Position numbers and translations under genes: made by a program. DNA of 62,951 nucleotides, filler included, from Octopus bimaculoides (Eukaryota), in NCBI RefSeq assembly GCF_001194135.2. It is 3 parts of 3 records of this genome, joined end to end, with 100 filler letters (N's around TTAATTAATTAA, not from the genome) between each part and the next. Parts side by side here need not be neighbours in the genome. Positions count along the whole stretch, not along the records: positions 24,160 to 49,629 come from NC_068981.1; 2 more parts are not named here. One strand, 5' to 3'. Below the pieces are notes generated by a model. It was not told where the DNA came from, did no database searches, and saw only the letters and a program-made list of their open reading frames with translations. Positions within the stretch are counted from its first letter, which is position 1. The number at the start of each line of letters is the position of its first letter. Below, one piece after another: positions 26,380-38,160 of the stretch.

Positions 26380-26700
26380 ATTTAACATTCATTGTCCATG
26401 CTGGCATGGGTTGGACGGTTTGACCAGGGCTGGCAAGCTGGAAGGCAGCACCGGACTCCAGTCTGATTTGGCATGGTTTCTATGGCTGGATGCTCTTCCT
26501 AACACCAACCACTCCAAGTGTAATGAGTGCTTTTACATGCCACCAGCATGGATATGATTTGCATGACACTGGTATGTGCCACAACTGCGATTTTGCTCAG
26601 CTTCATGGGTCTTCTTCTCAAGCATGACATAATGCCAAAGGTCTTGGCCATTGCCTCCCTGAGGCCCAACACTTGAAGGGAGCTCTGCCAGAGCAAGCAA
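26380..26700 (-). mobile_element. 5'-truncated RTE LINE (ORF end plus tail)
   Basis: Minus strand LQVLGLREAM...DLWHYVMLEKK, homologous to 40925-40978, followed by the tail. Confidence 0.8.
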
Positions 26701-26916
26701 AGCAAGCATAAATATCAGGAATCAACATCAGCACCACCATCATAACTACCACTACCATCCTTTCTGCATTATTAATGCCTTCTATAATGCACCGATTTTT
26801 TATACACTCACCCACTGACCTCCAACACACACACACACACACATACAGCTGTTTGAATTTTTCCTACATGTTGATAACAAACTGAAGTCTACCTGGATAT
26901 GCATCTGAATGTGAAT

Positions 26917-27135
26917 AAGGCAGCAAACTGGCAGAACCCTTTGCATGCCAGAGAAAATGCTTGGCCACAATTCTTCTGACTTGATGTCCTGAGTTCAAAT
27001 GTTGCCAAGGTTGACTTTGCGTTTTCATCCTTTCAGGGGGTCGATAAAATAAGTACCAGTTAAACACTAGGGGTTGATGTAATTGACTTAGCCCCTTCCT
27101 CGAAATTGTTGGCCTTGTGCCAAAATTGGAAACCA
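26917..27135 (+). mobile_element. SINE-B
   Basis: GGCAGCAAACTGGCAG...GAGTTCAAAT...GTTGACTTTGCGTTTTCATCCTTTCAGGGGGTCGATAAAATAAGTACCAG; same family as 31256 and 51975. Confidence 0.8.
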
Positions 27136-27619
27136 TATTTTATGAAAGCTTATCTGGCCTTGGCCGAAGGTTGGCAACTGGAAAGGCACCTGACCATAGG
27201 AAATCTACCTCAACAAATTTCGTCTGACCCATGCAAGCAGCTGGATGTTGGAACATTGATGATATGTGTGTGTATGTGTCTGCATGTGTGTGAATGCTTG
27301 CATATCTTTTGTCATGATATCACATAGTATTTTAAATGTGTCCCTGTTGTACAAGTGATATCCTTTGTTCCTTCAATCTTCTATGAAAATGTCTGGCCAC
27401 GGGAGAAAATGATCTTGAGGGTTGGCAAACAAAGTAAGGTTGGGTGGAGACACAATGTAGACAGGGGTAGACAGGCTTGCATGATCTCATGAGCACTACC
27501 ATTCCTCCTCTTAAGGCAAAAGAGAAACAAAATGGTTATCCTAGATCTGATTCTTCTATTAGTGTCCATTATTTCCATATTTGATGAAATACAAGACCCA
27601 CTATTTTTCCCAAAAATCA

Positions 27620-27840
27620 TCATCATCACCATTGAATGTCCATTTTCTATGCTGGCATGGGCTGGATTGTCCGACAGGAGCTGGCAAGGCCAGGAACCAC
27701 ACCAGGTTCCATTGTCTGATCTGGCATTGTTTCTACAGCCGGATGCCCTTCCTAATTCCATCCACTTTACAGAGTGTACTGGGGGGGGGGGGGATTTATA
27801 CAGCACCAGCACTGACAGGGTCACCCAAGTAACTTGCAAA
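27620..27840 (-). mobile_element. RTE-LINE 3' tail copy
   Basis: CATCATCACC...CTATGCTGGCATGG...GGATGCCCTTCCTAA. Confidence 0.85.
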
Positions 27841-28199
27841 ACAATGACCCCACACCTAGGAATAGAGATTAATAGAGAGTAGAAGTAGTTTTGTGTCAAT
27901 GGAAGGATTCGGAGGTCTGGACCTGATGGGTGGGCAAGTTACAGGTGAGTGAGGCAAATGATGGCATGAGATATAGGAGAGGGGCAGGGGCAGGGGTTGC
28001 AGTAGGTGTGAGAGGGTATTGAGGGTGTTTCAAAAAAAGTCAACAAGGGCACTATATGTGAAGCTGGGCCTATATTACATAGATGTGCTAAAACCATTTT
28101 TTCTTGGACAGGTATTGCTGAAATTTGTGTGCCTCTAATATTCCTGTGTCTTTTATTCCCAACTAATTATTCTGTGCTATTACCAACTGAATATCAACA

Positions 28200-28365
28200 G
28201 TAAAAAGCATCCAGTCCACTCTAAAGTGGTTGGCATTAGGAAAGGCATCCAACCGTAGAAACCTTGTCAAAACAGACAATTAGAGCCTGGTGCACATCTC
28301 TGGTTGGCCAGGTCTTGTTAAACCATCCAACCTATGCCAGCATGGAAGATGGACATTAAGTGATG
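28200..28365 (+). mobile_element. RTE-LINE 3' tail copy
   Basis: GTGGTTGGCATTAGGAAAGGCATCC...CTATGCCAGCATGG...GACATTAAGTGATG. Confidence 0.85.
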
Positions 28366-29107
28366 AGGAAATCTCTACAGCTTGTGTATCGATATAATTT
28401 CTTGTATGAACACCAATCCATATATATATATATATANNNNNNNNNNNNNNNNNNNNNNNNNNNNNNNNNNNNNNNNNNNNNNNNNNNNNNNNNNNNNNNN
28501 NNNNNNNNNNNNNNNNNNNNNNNNNNNNNNNNNNNNNNNNNNNNNNNNNNNNNNAGATTGACATGGAATTTTTTTTTCTTCCATGAATGATAAATACCAA
28601 TTCCAGCAAATATTTAGAATTTCCTTATTGCTTTCATCTGCTGAATTTCTGCAGCTGGTGGCCGGACAAGTGATCAATAAAGAAATTTTAAAAAAACATC
28701 CTGTATAGCCGGAAAGAGCTAGTTTCCATTCATCGGAATCCTACCATAGATGGAATCAAGTCATGCGTGATATTGTGCTAACTTGTACAAAAACCTTTTA
28801 GCTCGATTTCTTATCCCCCCTGTGTGTGTGTGTGTGGTGGGGTGAGGTGTTTTTATAATTCTTTCCAGAGACAACTTTTACCATTGTTATTGTCTGACCC
28901 CATTTCCTATTGTCTATTGATGGCAGCAATCAGGGTGGCAGGGTAGAGATGTAGGGGCCAAGGTTATCTAGTTTTCATAACTACTATCTTGGTAGCTAGA
29001 ATTTTTTTCCTTTTCTTCCCCCCCTCCCCCTTTAACCAATCTATCAAATGTGTTGAGAGATTTGAGTTCTGAATAGAATTGCTTAAGGAACCAGATTCCG
29101 GTGTGTA

Positions 29108-29810
29108 TGTGGTGAAGGTACGTGGCTTAGTGGTTTGGGGTAGTCAGCTCAGGATCATAAGGTTGTGAGTTTGATTCCTCACTTTGCATTGTGTATGTAA
29201 ACAAGACCTTTTTTTTTCACTCAGGTAGCAAAAATGAGCTGTACCTGTAATTCAAAAGGTCGGTCTCATCACATTCTGTGTCTTGCTCAATCTCCCTGTC
29301 CTGAGAACTTCATTAAGAGTACACGTGTGACAGGGACGTGCCACCTAGGTTGGCAAGGTAGGCAACATTTTCCTCTCATGGCAAAATATGCCCCTAATTA
29401 TCAGTAAAATTATGAAGCTTACTCTGATTACTATGCATAAAAGGCAAAATATTTTTTTTTTTTTAGATTAGGTAGGCATAATTCGCCCCCGCCTTTCAAT
29501 CTCCGTATCAAAACTACGCATAGTACCGCTGTAGTACATGTGCTGCGTACACTCCTACAACACCATTTTCTTTATGTGCTATAAAAGCAGAAGTAAATCT
29601 GCCTTCAACTCAGTCGTACGCCTGTGTTTCGTGTATTTTTTGTGTGTTTTACTACATAAAGGTCACCAACTGCCTACCCTGAGTAATCACTGACAGCACG
29701 TGCTTGACGTGTGGAGTACTCAGCCACTTTGCATGTTAATTTTTTGACGAGCAGGCTGTTCTGTTGATCAGACCAACTGAGGCCCTCATCATTGTAATGA
29801 TGGAGTGCCT
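29108..29810 (+). mobile_element. SINE-C interrupted by a hAT-like MITE
   Basis: Head GTGGCTTAGTGG...GTGAGTTTGATTCC; the body resumes after the insertion with GTGGAGTACTCAGCCAC; homologous to 29840-30165. Confidence 0.78.
29331..29706. mobile_element. hAT-like MITE (376 bp)
   Basis: Termini CAGGGACGTGC and GCACGTGCTTG (9/11 inverted match), sub-terminal GGTAGGCA/TGCCTACC, 8-bp TSD ACGTGTGA/ACGTGTGG. Confidence 0.78.
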
Positions 29811-29839
29811 GTGTGTGTATTTATCTTTTCTTTATTTCA

Positions 29840-30165
29840 GGCATGTGGCTTAGTGTGGTTAGGGTGATTGGCTGATGGTCATAAGGTCATGAGTTCAATA
29901 GCTGGCAGCATGTTGTGTCCTTGAGCAAGATACTTTATTTCACACTGCTCCACTCCACTCAGCTGACAAAAATGGAGTTGTACCCATATTTCAAAGGGGC
30001 CAGCCTTGTCGCATTCTGTATCACATTAACTCTCCTCGAGAACTGCATTAAAGGTATGCATGCCTGTGGAGTACTCAGCCAGCTGCATGTTAATTTGACA
30101 AGCAGGCTGTTCCATTGATCGGATCAACTGGAACCCTTATCATAGCTAAGGGTGCGCCAGTTTTT
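29840..30165 (+). mobile_element. SINE-C full copy
   Basis: A box TGGCTTAGTG, B box GAGTTCAAT, central TGTGTCCTTGAGCAAGATACTTTATTTCAC. Confidence 0.82.
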
Positions 30166-30734
30166 CAGTTATTAATCTGCAGGTCTCACAGGTTTTTCTT
30201 TTTTTTTTTTTTAAGTCTTATCCTATCAGTCTCTTTGTAAAGACAGCTAAGTTATGTGGAAATAAACAGACCCATATCAGCTGTCGAGTGGTGGTCGTGG
30301 TGGGGTGACACAGACACAGGGCTATGGAAGACACTTGCCCCAAGGTCCCACACAATGGGACAGAGATCAAAACTACGTTGTTGCACCCCCACTCAATACT
30401 ACTCCTCACTTCACCTGAGCGGGGTCCTGTCTTACAAGTCACTAGATGACCACACTGCTGCTGCTGCTGCTGCTGTTGCTGCTGTTGCTGCTGGGGCCAT
30501 GTAAAAAGCTTGACATCAAGGAACCATGCCAAAGCAGACATTAGAGCTTGGCGCCATCTTCTGACTTGCCAGTCCCTCTCAAACTGTCCAACCCGTCCCA
30601 GCATGGAGGGAGGATGTTAAATGATGATAATGTCTCTGGACAGTCCACTGGCTTCCACATATATAGAGGTCAGCAAGTACCAAAACATCAGTGCCACTTT
30701 ATAATTGACGTGTGTTGTTGTTGTTGTTGTTGTT

Positions 30735-30920
30735 GTTGTTTAACCCCACGTCAGCCCTGTTTGAGCAGACATGGGATTAAGGTGGTTCCAACCATGACCC
30801 TTCCAACTTTGTAGTATCATATAAACAGGACTTCATTATCCTTGATATACATGTCTCTTTCCCAGTTTTGAGATGGCAGGTGTTATAATGAGAGGTTTAG
30901 CTGTTGCTTCTGGCAGGGAT
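30735..30920. repeat. Unclassified interspersed repeat (related pieces at about 24690-24890 and 48870-48950)
   Basis: Shared motifs CAGAC..TG...(T/G)GACC(A/C)T(C/T)C and TT(T/G)GCTG(C/T)T(A/G)(T/C)TT. Confidence 0.4.
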
Positions 30921-31255
30921 CACTCCTTTCACCGGTTGTTGCCAGTTTGTAATACTGAGCATCAAAGTTCAAATCCTGCTTTTGGTTATAGAAACTAAAT
31001 TCTAATTGATGCTTCAGTGATTCCTTCCAGACTCAGACAAGTAATCAATAAATCAATATTGATGCTGGAATTTCGAGCCGTTTCTCTTTTATTCTTCAAT
31101 ATTACTCTATTGACATGAATTCAATATTGCAATATTGATGTATTCGATATTGCTGTAGTTATATGTATTTGATATTGCTGTAGAAACATATTCGATATCA
31201 CTGCAGTGATATGTATTCACTATTGCCATATTATTATTATTATTATTATTATTAA

Positions 31256-31455
31256 AAAGGCAGTGAGCTGGCAGAATTGTTAGCATGTCAGACAATATGC
31301 TTAGTGGTATTTCACCTGTTGCTACGTTCTGAGTTCAAATTCTGCTGAGGTTGACTTTGCCTTTCACCCTTTCAGGGTTGATAAATTAAGTACCAATAAG
31401 ACACTGGGGTTCCCCTCCTCACATATTTCAGGCCTTGTACCTCAAGTAGAAAAGA
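31256..31455 (+). mobile_element. SINE-B
   Basis: AGGCAGTGAGCTGGCAGAATTGTTAGCATG...GAGTTCAAATTC...GTTGACTTTGCCTTTCACCC...GATAAATTAAGTACC; follows (ATT)n. Confidence 0.85.
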
Positions 31456-31664
31456 TGCAGTGTCAACGAGTGTCAGCAGGCGACTGACCATCCTGCCAAA
31501 TTTCCCTTTAAATTAAGAAACTCTTTTAATGCCTTCAACCTTTGCAGCATTGTCTCTACATGGTTTAAACTTTTCCTCACCATATTCCTTTTGAACTACA
31601 CCCGCTTTCATAAATTCAGTCTGAAAATAAAGAATTTATTATTATATCTTAACCGTTACACACG

Positions 31665-32210
31665 TATGGCTGTGTGGTAAGAAGTTTGCTTCCCGACCAC
31701 ACAAGTTTTGGGTTCAGTCCCACTGCATGGCACCTTGGGCAAGTGCCTTCTATAATAGCTTTGGGTTGACCAAAGCCTTGGGTGGATTTGGTAGACGGAA
31801 ACTGAAAGAAGCTCATCGTATGTATGTATGTATGTATGTATATATATNNNNNNNNNNNNNNNNNNNNNNNNNNNNNNNNNNNNNNNNNNNNNNNNNNNNN
31901 NNNNNNNNNNNNNNNNNNNNNNNNNNNNNNNNNNNNNNNNNNNNNNNNNNNNNNNNNNNNNNNNNNNNNNNNNNNNNNNATATATATATATAGATTTGTG
32001 TGTGTGTGTGTGTTTGTTCACCACCTTCACTTGACAACCAGTGTTTGTGTGTTTATGTCCCTGTAATCTAGTGGTTCAGCAAAAGAGACTAATAGAATAA
32101 GTACGAGGCTTAAAAAAGAAGTACTGAGATTGATTCATTCAGCTAAAACTTCTTCAGGGTGGTGCTCCAGCATGGCCATAGTCTAATGACTGAAACAAGT
32201 CAAAGATTAC
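31665..32210 (+). mobile_element. SINE-A full copy (head, microsatellite/gap, tail A), CpG-decayed
   Basis: TATGGCTGTGTGGTAAG...GGTTCAGTCCCACTGCATGGCACCTTGGGCAAGTG...GGTGCTCCAGCATGGCCATAGTCTAATGACTGAAAC. Confidence 0.9.
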
Positions 32211-33339
32211 TACGCTGATAATTGGGACATAAATTAACACAGAATTTTAATGGGGAATTTTAATTTATAATTATTTTATATGGAAAGTTTGTATCATAGA
32301 AGCAGAGAAAGTCATGGGTGGGTTGGTATTGAAAGGGTTAATGGCTCAAACCATTCCACTTGACAATATCCACTCTGATAGAGGCTGTCACTGCTTCTGC
32401 TGTCAATTAAATAAGCTTACATTGATTGATTTAATTATAGCGTTAATGAATTGAAGGAACATGACAAACGAATATCCAAAAAAAAAAAAATTATAATAAA
32501 TAACAAAACAAATATGTTAAAGGTTTAGTTTATTACCTGTTTATTATTATTTTTTATTTTATGATTGCATCCTTGTTTCTCACCTGAGAAATGTGGCTTT
32601 GTTTGTATTTGTTTTTGTTTTCTAGTGACACATGACAACTCTTGTTGGACTTTATCTGCTTTTNNNNNNNNNNNNNNNNNNNNNNNNNNNNNNNNNNNNN
32701 NNNNNNNNNNNNNNNNNNNNNNNNNNNNNNNNNNNNNNNNNNNNNNNNNNNNNNNNNNNNNNNNNNNNNNNNNNNNNNNNNNNNNNNNNNNNNNNNNNNN
32801 NNNNNNNNNNNNNNNNNNNNNNNNNNNNNNNNNNNNNNNNNNNNNNNNNNNNNNNNNNNNNNNNNNNNNNNNNNNNNNNNNNNNNNNNNNNNNNNNNNNN
32901 NNNNNNNNNNNNNNNNNNNNNNNNNNNNNNNNNNNNNNNNNNNNNNNNNNNNNNNNNNNNNNNNNNNNNNNNNNNNNNNNNNNNNNNNNNNNNNNNNNNN
33001 NNNNNNNNNNNNNNNNNNNNNNNNNNNNNNNNNNNNNNNNNNNNNNNNNNNNNNNNNNNNNNNNNNNNNNNNNNNNNNNNNNNNNNNNNNNNNNNNNNNN
33101 NNNNNNNNNNNNNNNNNNNNNNNNNNNNNNNNNNNNNNNNNNNNNNNNNNNNNNNNNNNNNNNNNNNNNNNNNNNNNNNNNNNNNNNNNNNNNNNNNNNN
33201 NNNNNNNNNNNNNNNNNNNNNNNCCCATTATTATATAATTATAATTATTTTAAAGTGATTTGAGTTAAGACTTCCCCTCATATTTTCATGTTGATTTAGG
33301 TTCTAAATGATAGCTTAATAATGAATTATTTTCACTGGT

Positions 33340-33540
33340 CCCACGTAAAAAGTGCTGGTACCACATAAAAAAGCACCCAGTACATTCTGTAAAGTGGTTG
33401 GTGTTAGGAAGGGCATCCAGCCATAGAAGCCATACCAAAACAGACTATGGATCCTGATATGGACCCTGGCCTTACCCGTTCCTATCAAACCCTCCAACCC
33501 ATGCCAGCATGGAGAATGGATGTTAAAAGATGATGGAAAG
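33340..33540 (+). mobile_element. RTE-LINE 3' tail copy
   Basis: AAGCACCCAG...GGTTGGTGTTAGGAAGGGCATCCAG...CCCATGCCAGCATGG...GATGATG. Confidence 0.88.
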
Positions 33541-33772
33541 CAGCATATTTTAAATGAAATATGGTAACAAGAGAGTCTCATAAATAAAAAAATATTTAAC
33601 TGGAATTGAAGTTTTATATTTATCATATTTCTTTTCTTTTTAATTTTCAATAATACTTAAAGGTAACTAACAGAAATTTAATCCATTGTCCAGTTTAACA
33701 CCTCCACCTGAGTGACTTCAACAGAGTCTGCTCTTTCGTAAGCATTCTGGTCAGGCTTCCAGTTTGAAGATG

Positions 33773-33853
33773 CCTTCCTCCTTCCCACCAACCTCTTCCT
33801 CCTTCCCACCAACCTCTTCCTCCTTCCCACCAACCTCTTCCTCCTTCCCTCCA
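33773..33853. repeat. 21-bp tandem repeat, about 3.8 units
   Basis: (T)CTTCCTCCTTCCCACCAACC units. Confidence 0.93.
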
Positions 33854-33904
33854 GTCTTGGAGACCTTGGAGCAGGTTATGGTCTCTGCTTTCCTCCTGAT
33901 TCGC

Positions 33905-34470
33905 CATCATCATCTGGTTGAGCTTGCTCGGATATTTTTAACCCACACACACCATCCATCTCGGTCCTGCATTAATTGAGGGAGGCCTTTGAGGAGGCAC
34001 CCAGTGTTTCTGGTGAGTTGATCTACATAAATTGTGTTTGGACAACCTGCTTGAGTACAGCCAGATGGAGATACGAGTTTCTTTGACATCAAAGCTGGAG
34101 TCCTCCAGGGGGACACATGGGCACCTTTTCTCTTTCTGATCATTCTCAATTATGTTCTTATCTAAACAGCCTTAGATTCACACTCACAAAAGCATCAGTT
34201 GGACATCCAGCTCAAAAATAACTGTAGATTAGGCTGTTGATTTAGCCATCACACAATACCAGACCCCNNNNNNNNNNATTACTATATAGTCTAGAATTAG
34301 CTGCACATGATGTGGGACTCATTGCTCACAATCAACAGAAATCTCTCACCAACATCCATGGAGATCCTCTCAATTGATTTCACATACCTCAGTTCTGAGA
34401 TGCCTCAACTGAAAAGGATGTCAAAACTTGGACAGCCGTAGCATGGTCGGTCCTAAATAAACTGATGTTG
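33905..34470. mobile_element. Non-LTR retrotransposon (RTE-like, clade uncertain) with inverted 5' segment
   Basis: Plus strand 34061-34470: PDGDTSFFDIKAGVLQGDTWAPFLFLIILNYVL, degenerate YADD (ITVD*AVDLAI), DFTYLSS, ASTEKDVKTWTAVAWSVLNKL. Minus strand 34060-33905: GCPNTIYVDQLTRNTG...LPQLMQDRDGWCVWVKNIRASSTR* plus GAT tail. Confidence 0.85.
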
Positions 34471-34899
34471 TCCTCATTAAAAGATTAAAAAAGAAAAAAA
34501 CACACACAATCTTAAGAACCACTTCTGAAATTCCAGTATAGACCCCTGGCAATTTGTATTCTTCACAATAGAGATAGATTATTCTTGTTACAAATTTCTT
34601 TACACCACATCATAAATCTTGGTGGACGAAAATAGCAATCGCATTATTAGTTTGAAAGTGACTTGTTTACAGTGAAATAATTCCAATAATTAATTAGTGA
34701 GGAAAAGCAGGGTGGGGTGAGAGTGATTGTCATAAGTCATTGTTAATGAGACTGACAAGGGGACACAGCTTTTCTCATATTTCGTTATTGCTTTAACAAG
34801 GTCTTGTAAGTTTGATAGTATCATCAACAGATCGTTACATAAAATTTGTTGATTACTCTTAACGAGGTTTTGCAAATTTGTGATTATAACTAACAGACC

Positions 34900-35350
34900 A
34901 TCATCATCACCATCATTGTTTTAATGCCCACTTCTCCATGCTTGTGTGGGTTGGATGGAGTTTATTGAGGCAGATTTTCTACAACTGGATGCCCTTCCTA
35001 TCACCAACCCTCACCTGTTTCCGAGTGAGGTAATGTTTCCTCATAACCTGACATCTTTGCATAGAATATTGGAAACAAATGGCACTGCTTGTACGACTGG
35101 TACTCGGTTACAACTAACATACGATGTTAAGACAAGGACACACGCACGCACGCACGCACACGCACACGCGCACGCACGCACACGCACACACAGAGGTTTC
35201 TTTCAGTTTCCATTTACCAAATCCTCTCAGAAGGCTTTGGTCAGTCCAGAACTGTAGCAGAAAATACTTGCCTAAGGTGCCGCACAGTGCAACTGAACTC
35301 AAGACTGCATGGTTGGGAAGCAAGCTTCTCAATCCCACAGCCACACCAGC
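34900..35350 (-). mobile_element. SINE-A head with alternative RTE-type tail B
   Basis: Head at 35190-35350, (CACG)n hinge, tail ending CACAAGCATGG...CATTAAAACAATGATG. Confidence 0.82.
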
Positions 35351-35949
35351 ACCTCTTCATAGAATTTGTTGATTACTCTAATGAGGCTTTGTAAATTGTT
35401 ATAACTGATCATTAGAGAAAATTATTTGATTACCCTAACGAGGTTCTGTAAATTCATTGTATAACAGATCATTACATGAAATTAGTTGATTCTCAATTTA
35501 AAAACTATTTTTGGTTATTAGAATTCTTCAGCCGATAACTGATTTTATTTGAATTAGAATTTCAAGAACCATTAAAATAAGCTTTTGTAATAACTATATA
35601 AATAGCAATGAATCGGTAGAAGCATTGAAGCATCAGATAAAAGGCCTTGTGATGTTTGTTCTGGCTCTTTATAGTGTGAGTTCAATTCCTACCAAAGCGG
35701 ACTTTACCTTTCATCCTTCCAGGGTTGATAAAGTTCCAGTTAACTCTAGTTGTTATGTGCTGGGCATTGCATTGAGGATTAAGATGCCTGGGTCCACATG
35801 TTAATAGATGGACATCGCAAAAAAGACATTGGTGATGGCCATATTTATTAATTACAGCTATACAATTAGACAATATAATTTTTTTTTTTTTTCAGAAATG
35901 AAAGTAAAAAAAAAAAAAAAATATCAGGGTTTGAAATTAGAGTAAAATT

Positions 35950-36255
35950 GATTTTTAGAAATAATACGTTTCAAAATCTCAGATTTATGCAGTAGTAATA
36001 CGATGAAGGAGTTGTATGCTATCAACTTAATGTGACAGTCCCCTGAAGGGAATAATACTATTGTTGGTTAGACCTAGGAAGCTGCACTGCTTCCTGTTGG
36101 CCTTGACATATTTCCTGTGTCCTTATGTTTACAAGGGGGAGACAAGCACCTCCACCTCTCTCCCTTGTAAACATAAGGACACAGGAAATGTGTCAAGGCC
36201 AACAGGAAGTGGTGCAGCTTCCTAGGTCTAAACAACAGTAGTATTATTCCCTTCA
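35950..36255. mobile_element. Fold-back element copy 1 (about 98-bp arms, 16-nt loop; continues into gap)
   Basis: 36044-36141 is the near-perfect reverse complement of 36158-36255; homologous to 56528-57020. Confidence 0.88.
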
Positions 36256-37926
36256 NNNNNNNNNNNNNNNNNNNNNNNNNNNNNNNNNNNNNNNNNNNNN
36301 NNNNNNNNNNNNNNNNNNNNNNNNNNNNNNNNNNNNNNNNNNNNNNNNNNNNNNNNNNNNNNNNNNNNNNNNNNNNNNNNNNNNNNNNNNNNNNNNNNNN
36401 NNNNNNNNNNNNNNNNNNNNNNNNNNNNNNNNNNNNNNNNNNNNNNNNNNNNNNNNNNNNNNNNNNNNNNNNNNNNNNNNNNNNNNNNNNNNNNNNNNNN
36501 NNNNNNNNNNNNNNNNNNNNNNNNNNNNNNNNNNNNNNNNNNNNNNNNNNNNNNNNNNNNNNNNNNNNNNNNNNNNNNNNNNNNNNNNNNNNNNNNNNNN
36601 NNNNNNNNNNNNNNNNNNNNNNNNNNNNNNNNNNNNNNNNNNNNNNNNNNNNNNNNNNNNNNNNNNNNNNNNNNNNNNNNNNNNNNNNNNNNNNNNNNNN
36701 NNNNNNNNNNNNNNNNNNNNNNNNNNNNNNNNNNNNNNNNNNNNNNNNNNNNNNNNNNNNNNNNNNNNNNNNNNNNNNNNNNNNNNNNNNNNNNNNNNNN
36801 NNNNNNNNNNNNNNNNNNNNNNNNNNNNNNNNNNNNNNNNNNNNNNNNNNNNNNNNNNNNNNNNNNNNNNNNNNNNNNNNNNNNNNGGGGGGTTGTGTCA
36901 TTTGAATTAGGGACCATCAAGGGTTGGTTGGTATTAAAATAGTAAAGAAGGTATGTGTAACACAATTTTAAAAAATCTTTTCATTTTGAAGTTAAGATTT
37001 CAAAATTAAAACTTTTGCATCATATAGACATATACATATATATATTGAAAGGTGGGTTAGAGCCACAGGTAAGACAAAATATATTTTGCTAGACCGAAAC
37101 TGTGAAGAAGCCTGTCCTGAGTGTGTGTATGTGTACACCTCCCATTGTAGGGCAATGGGTTTTGGTTTGTTTACATCACCATAACCTAGCGGTTTGGCAA
37201 AAAGAGACCGGTTGAATAAGTTCAAGACTTAATACGTGTTAAGGTTAATTTGTTCAGCTAGATCCTTCAAGGCAATGCTCCAGCATGGCTGCAATCTAAT
37301 GGTTAAAAACAAATGAAGAAAGATGTTTTATGGATTAAATGTTTATTCACTCTGAGACTCATCTTTGAGCCCTTTATTCTAAATGGTCAGTCATAGGGTC
37401 TTTGGAATGAAAGGGTTGTGCATTTTAGATCAGAATATTGTGAGAAACTTGTTTAAAAGTTAAAGCTGTGTTGCGGAGTCTTCTTACTATGGCAATGGTG
37501 GTGGACTGTAAGCACAAACTTTATCTTTGCTTAACATCCCAAAGTTAAAGATTTTTTTTTTCTTTAAAAAGGGGACATTTTTCACAGCCCTTTAAGATGC
37601 TGGCTCTCTTAACCCTTTGGCATTCAGATTACTTTGTCAAACATAATGATTATTTATTCCAATTAGTTTGAACCAATCATGCATTATCTCATAGCTTTGG
37701 GACAATGATGTCACTGTATATTTTTACAATGACATTGTAAGGTAGGTGTGAGAGGTTGAATCCGGCCAATGTATAGAATATTTGGGTTCTGATATGGCTA
37801 GTTTAAATGCTGAAGGGTTAAACTAAATAGAAACTTGTTACATCTTCCAGTTCTGTATTTCAGAGATGAGGAATTATGTACATTATTTACATTTGATGGA
37901 TATTTGTCTTCATCTTGTTTGTTATT

Positions 37927-37972
37927 AACACAATGTTTCAGCTGATATACCCTCCACACTTCATCAGGTGTC
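37927..37972 (-). ncRNA. Minimal type-I hammerhead ribozyme motif (degenerate stem II)
   Basis: GACAC-CTGATGA-a-GTGTG.N10.CAGCT-GAAA-CATT-GTGTT; stem I GACAC/GTGTT pairs. Confidence 0.6.
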
Positions 37973-38118
37973 TTGGGCATATGGCATAGTGGTTAAGAGC
38001 ACGGGCTACTAACCTCAAGATTCAGAGTTCAATTTCAGGCAGTAACCTGAATAATATTAATAATAATAATATTGAAAAATACCTTAGGAATGAGAACCCA
38101 GGTTTGAAATTTCCCCAA

Positions 38119-38160
38119 GACACCTGATGAAGGCTGGAGGGTATATCAGCTGAAACATGT
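38119..38160 (+). ncRNA. Minimal type-I hammerhead ribozyme motif (damaged stem I)
   Basis: GACAC-CTGATGA-a-GGCTG.gagggtatat.CAGCT-GAAA-CATGTT; stem II pairs. Confidence 0.6.

Noticed and set aside
28015-28045. mariner TIR-like GAGGGTGTTTCAAAAAAAGT
   Set aside because: No partner TIR or transposase sequence found nearby.
28655-28708. Plus-strand terminal exon LVAGQVINKEILKKHPV*
   Set aside because: Short, no recognisable homology and no upstream partner exon; chance cannot be excluded.
37975-38050. tRNA gene
   Set aside because: A and B boxes are present, but there is no complete acceptor stem or clean cloverleaf; it is a SINE head.
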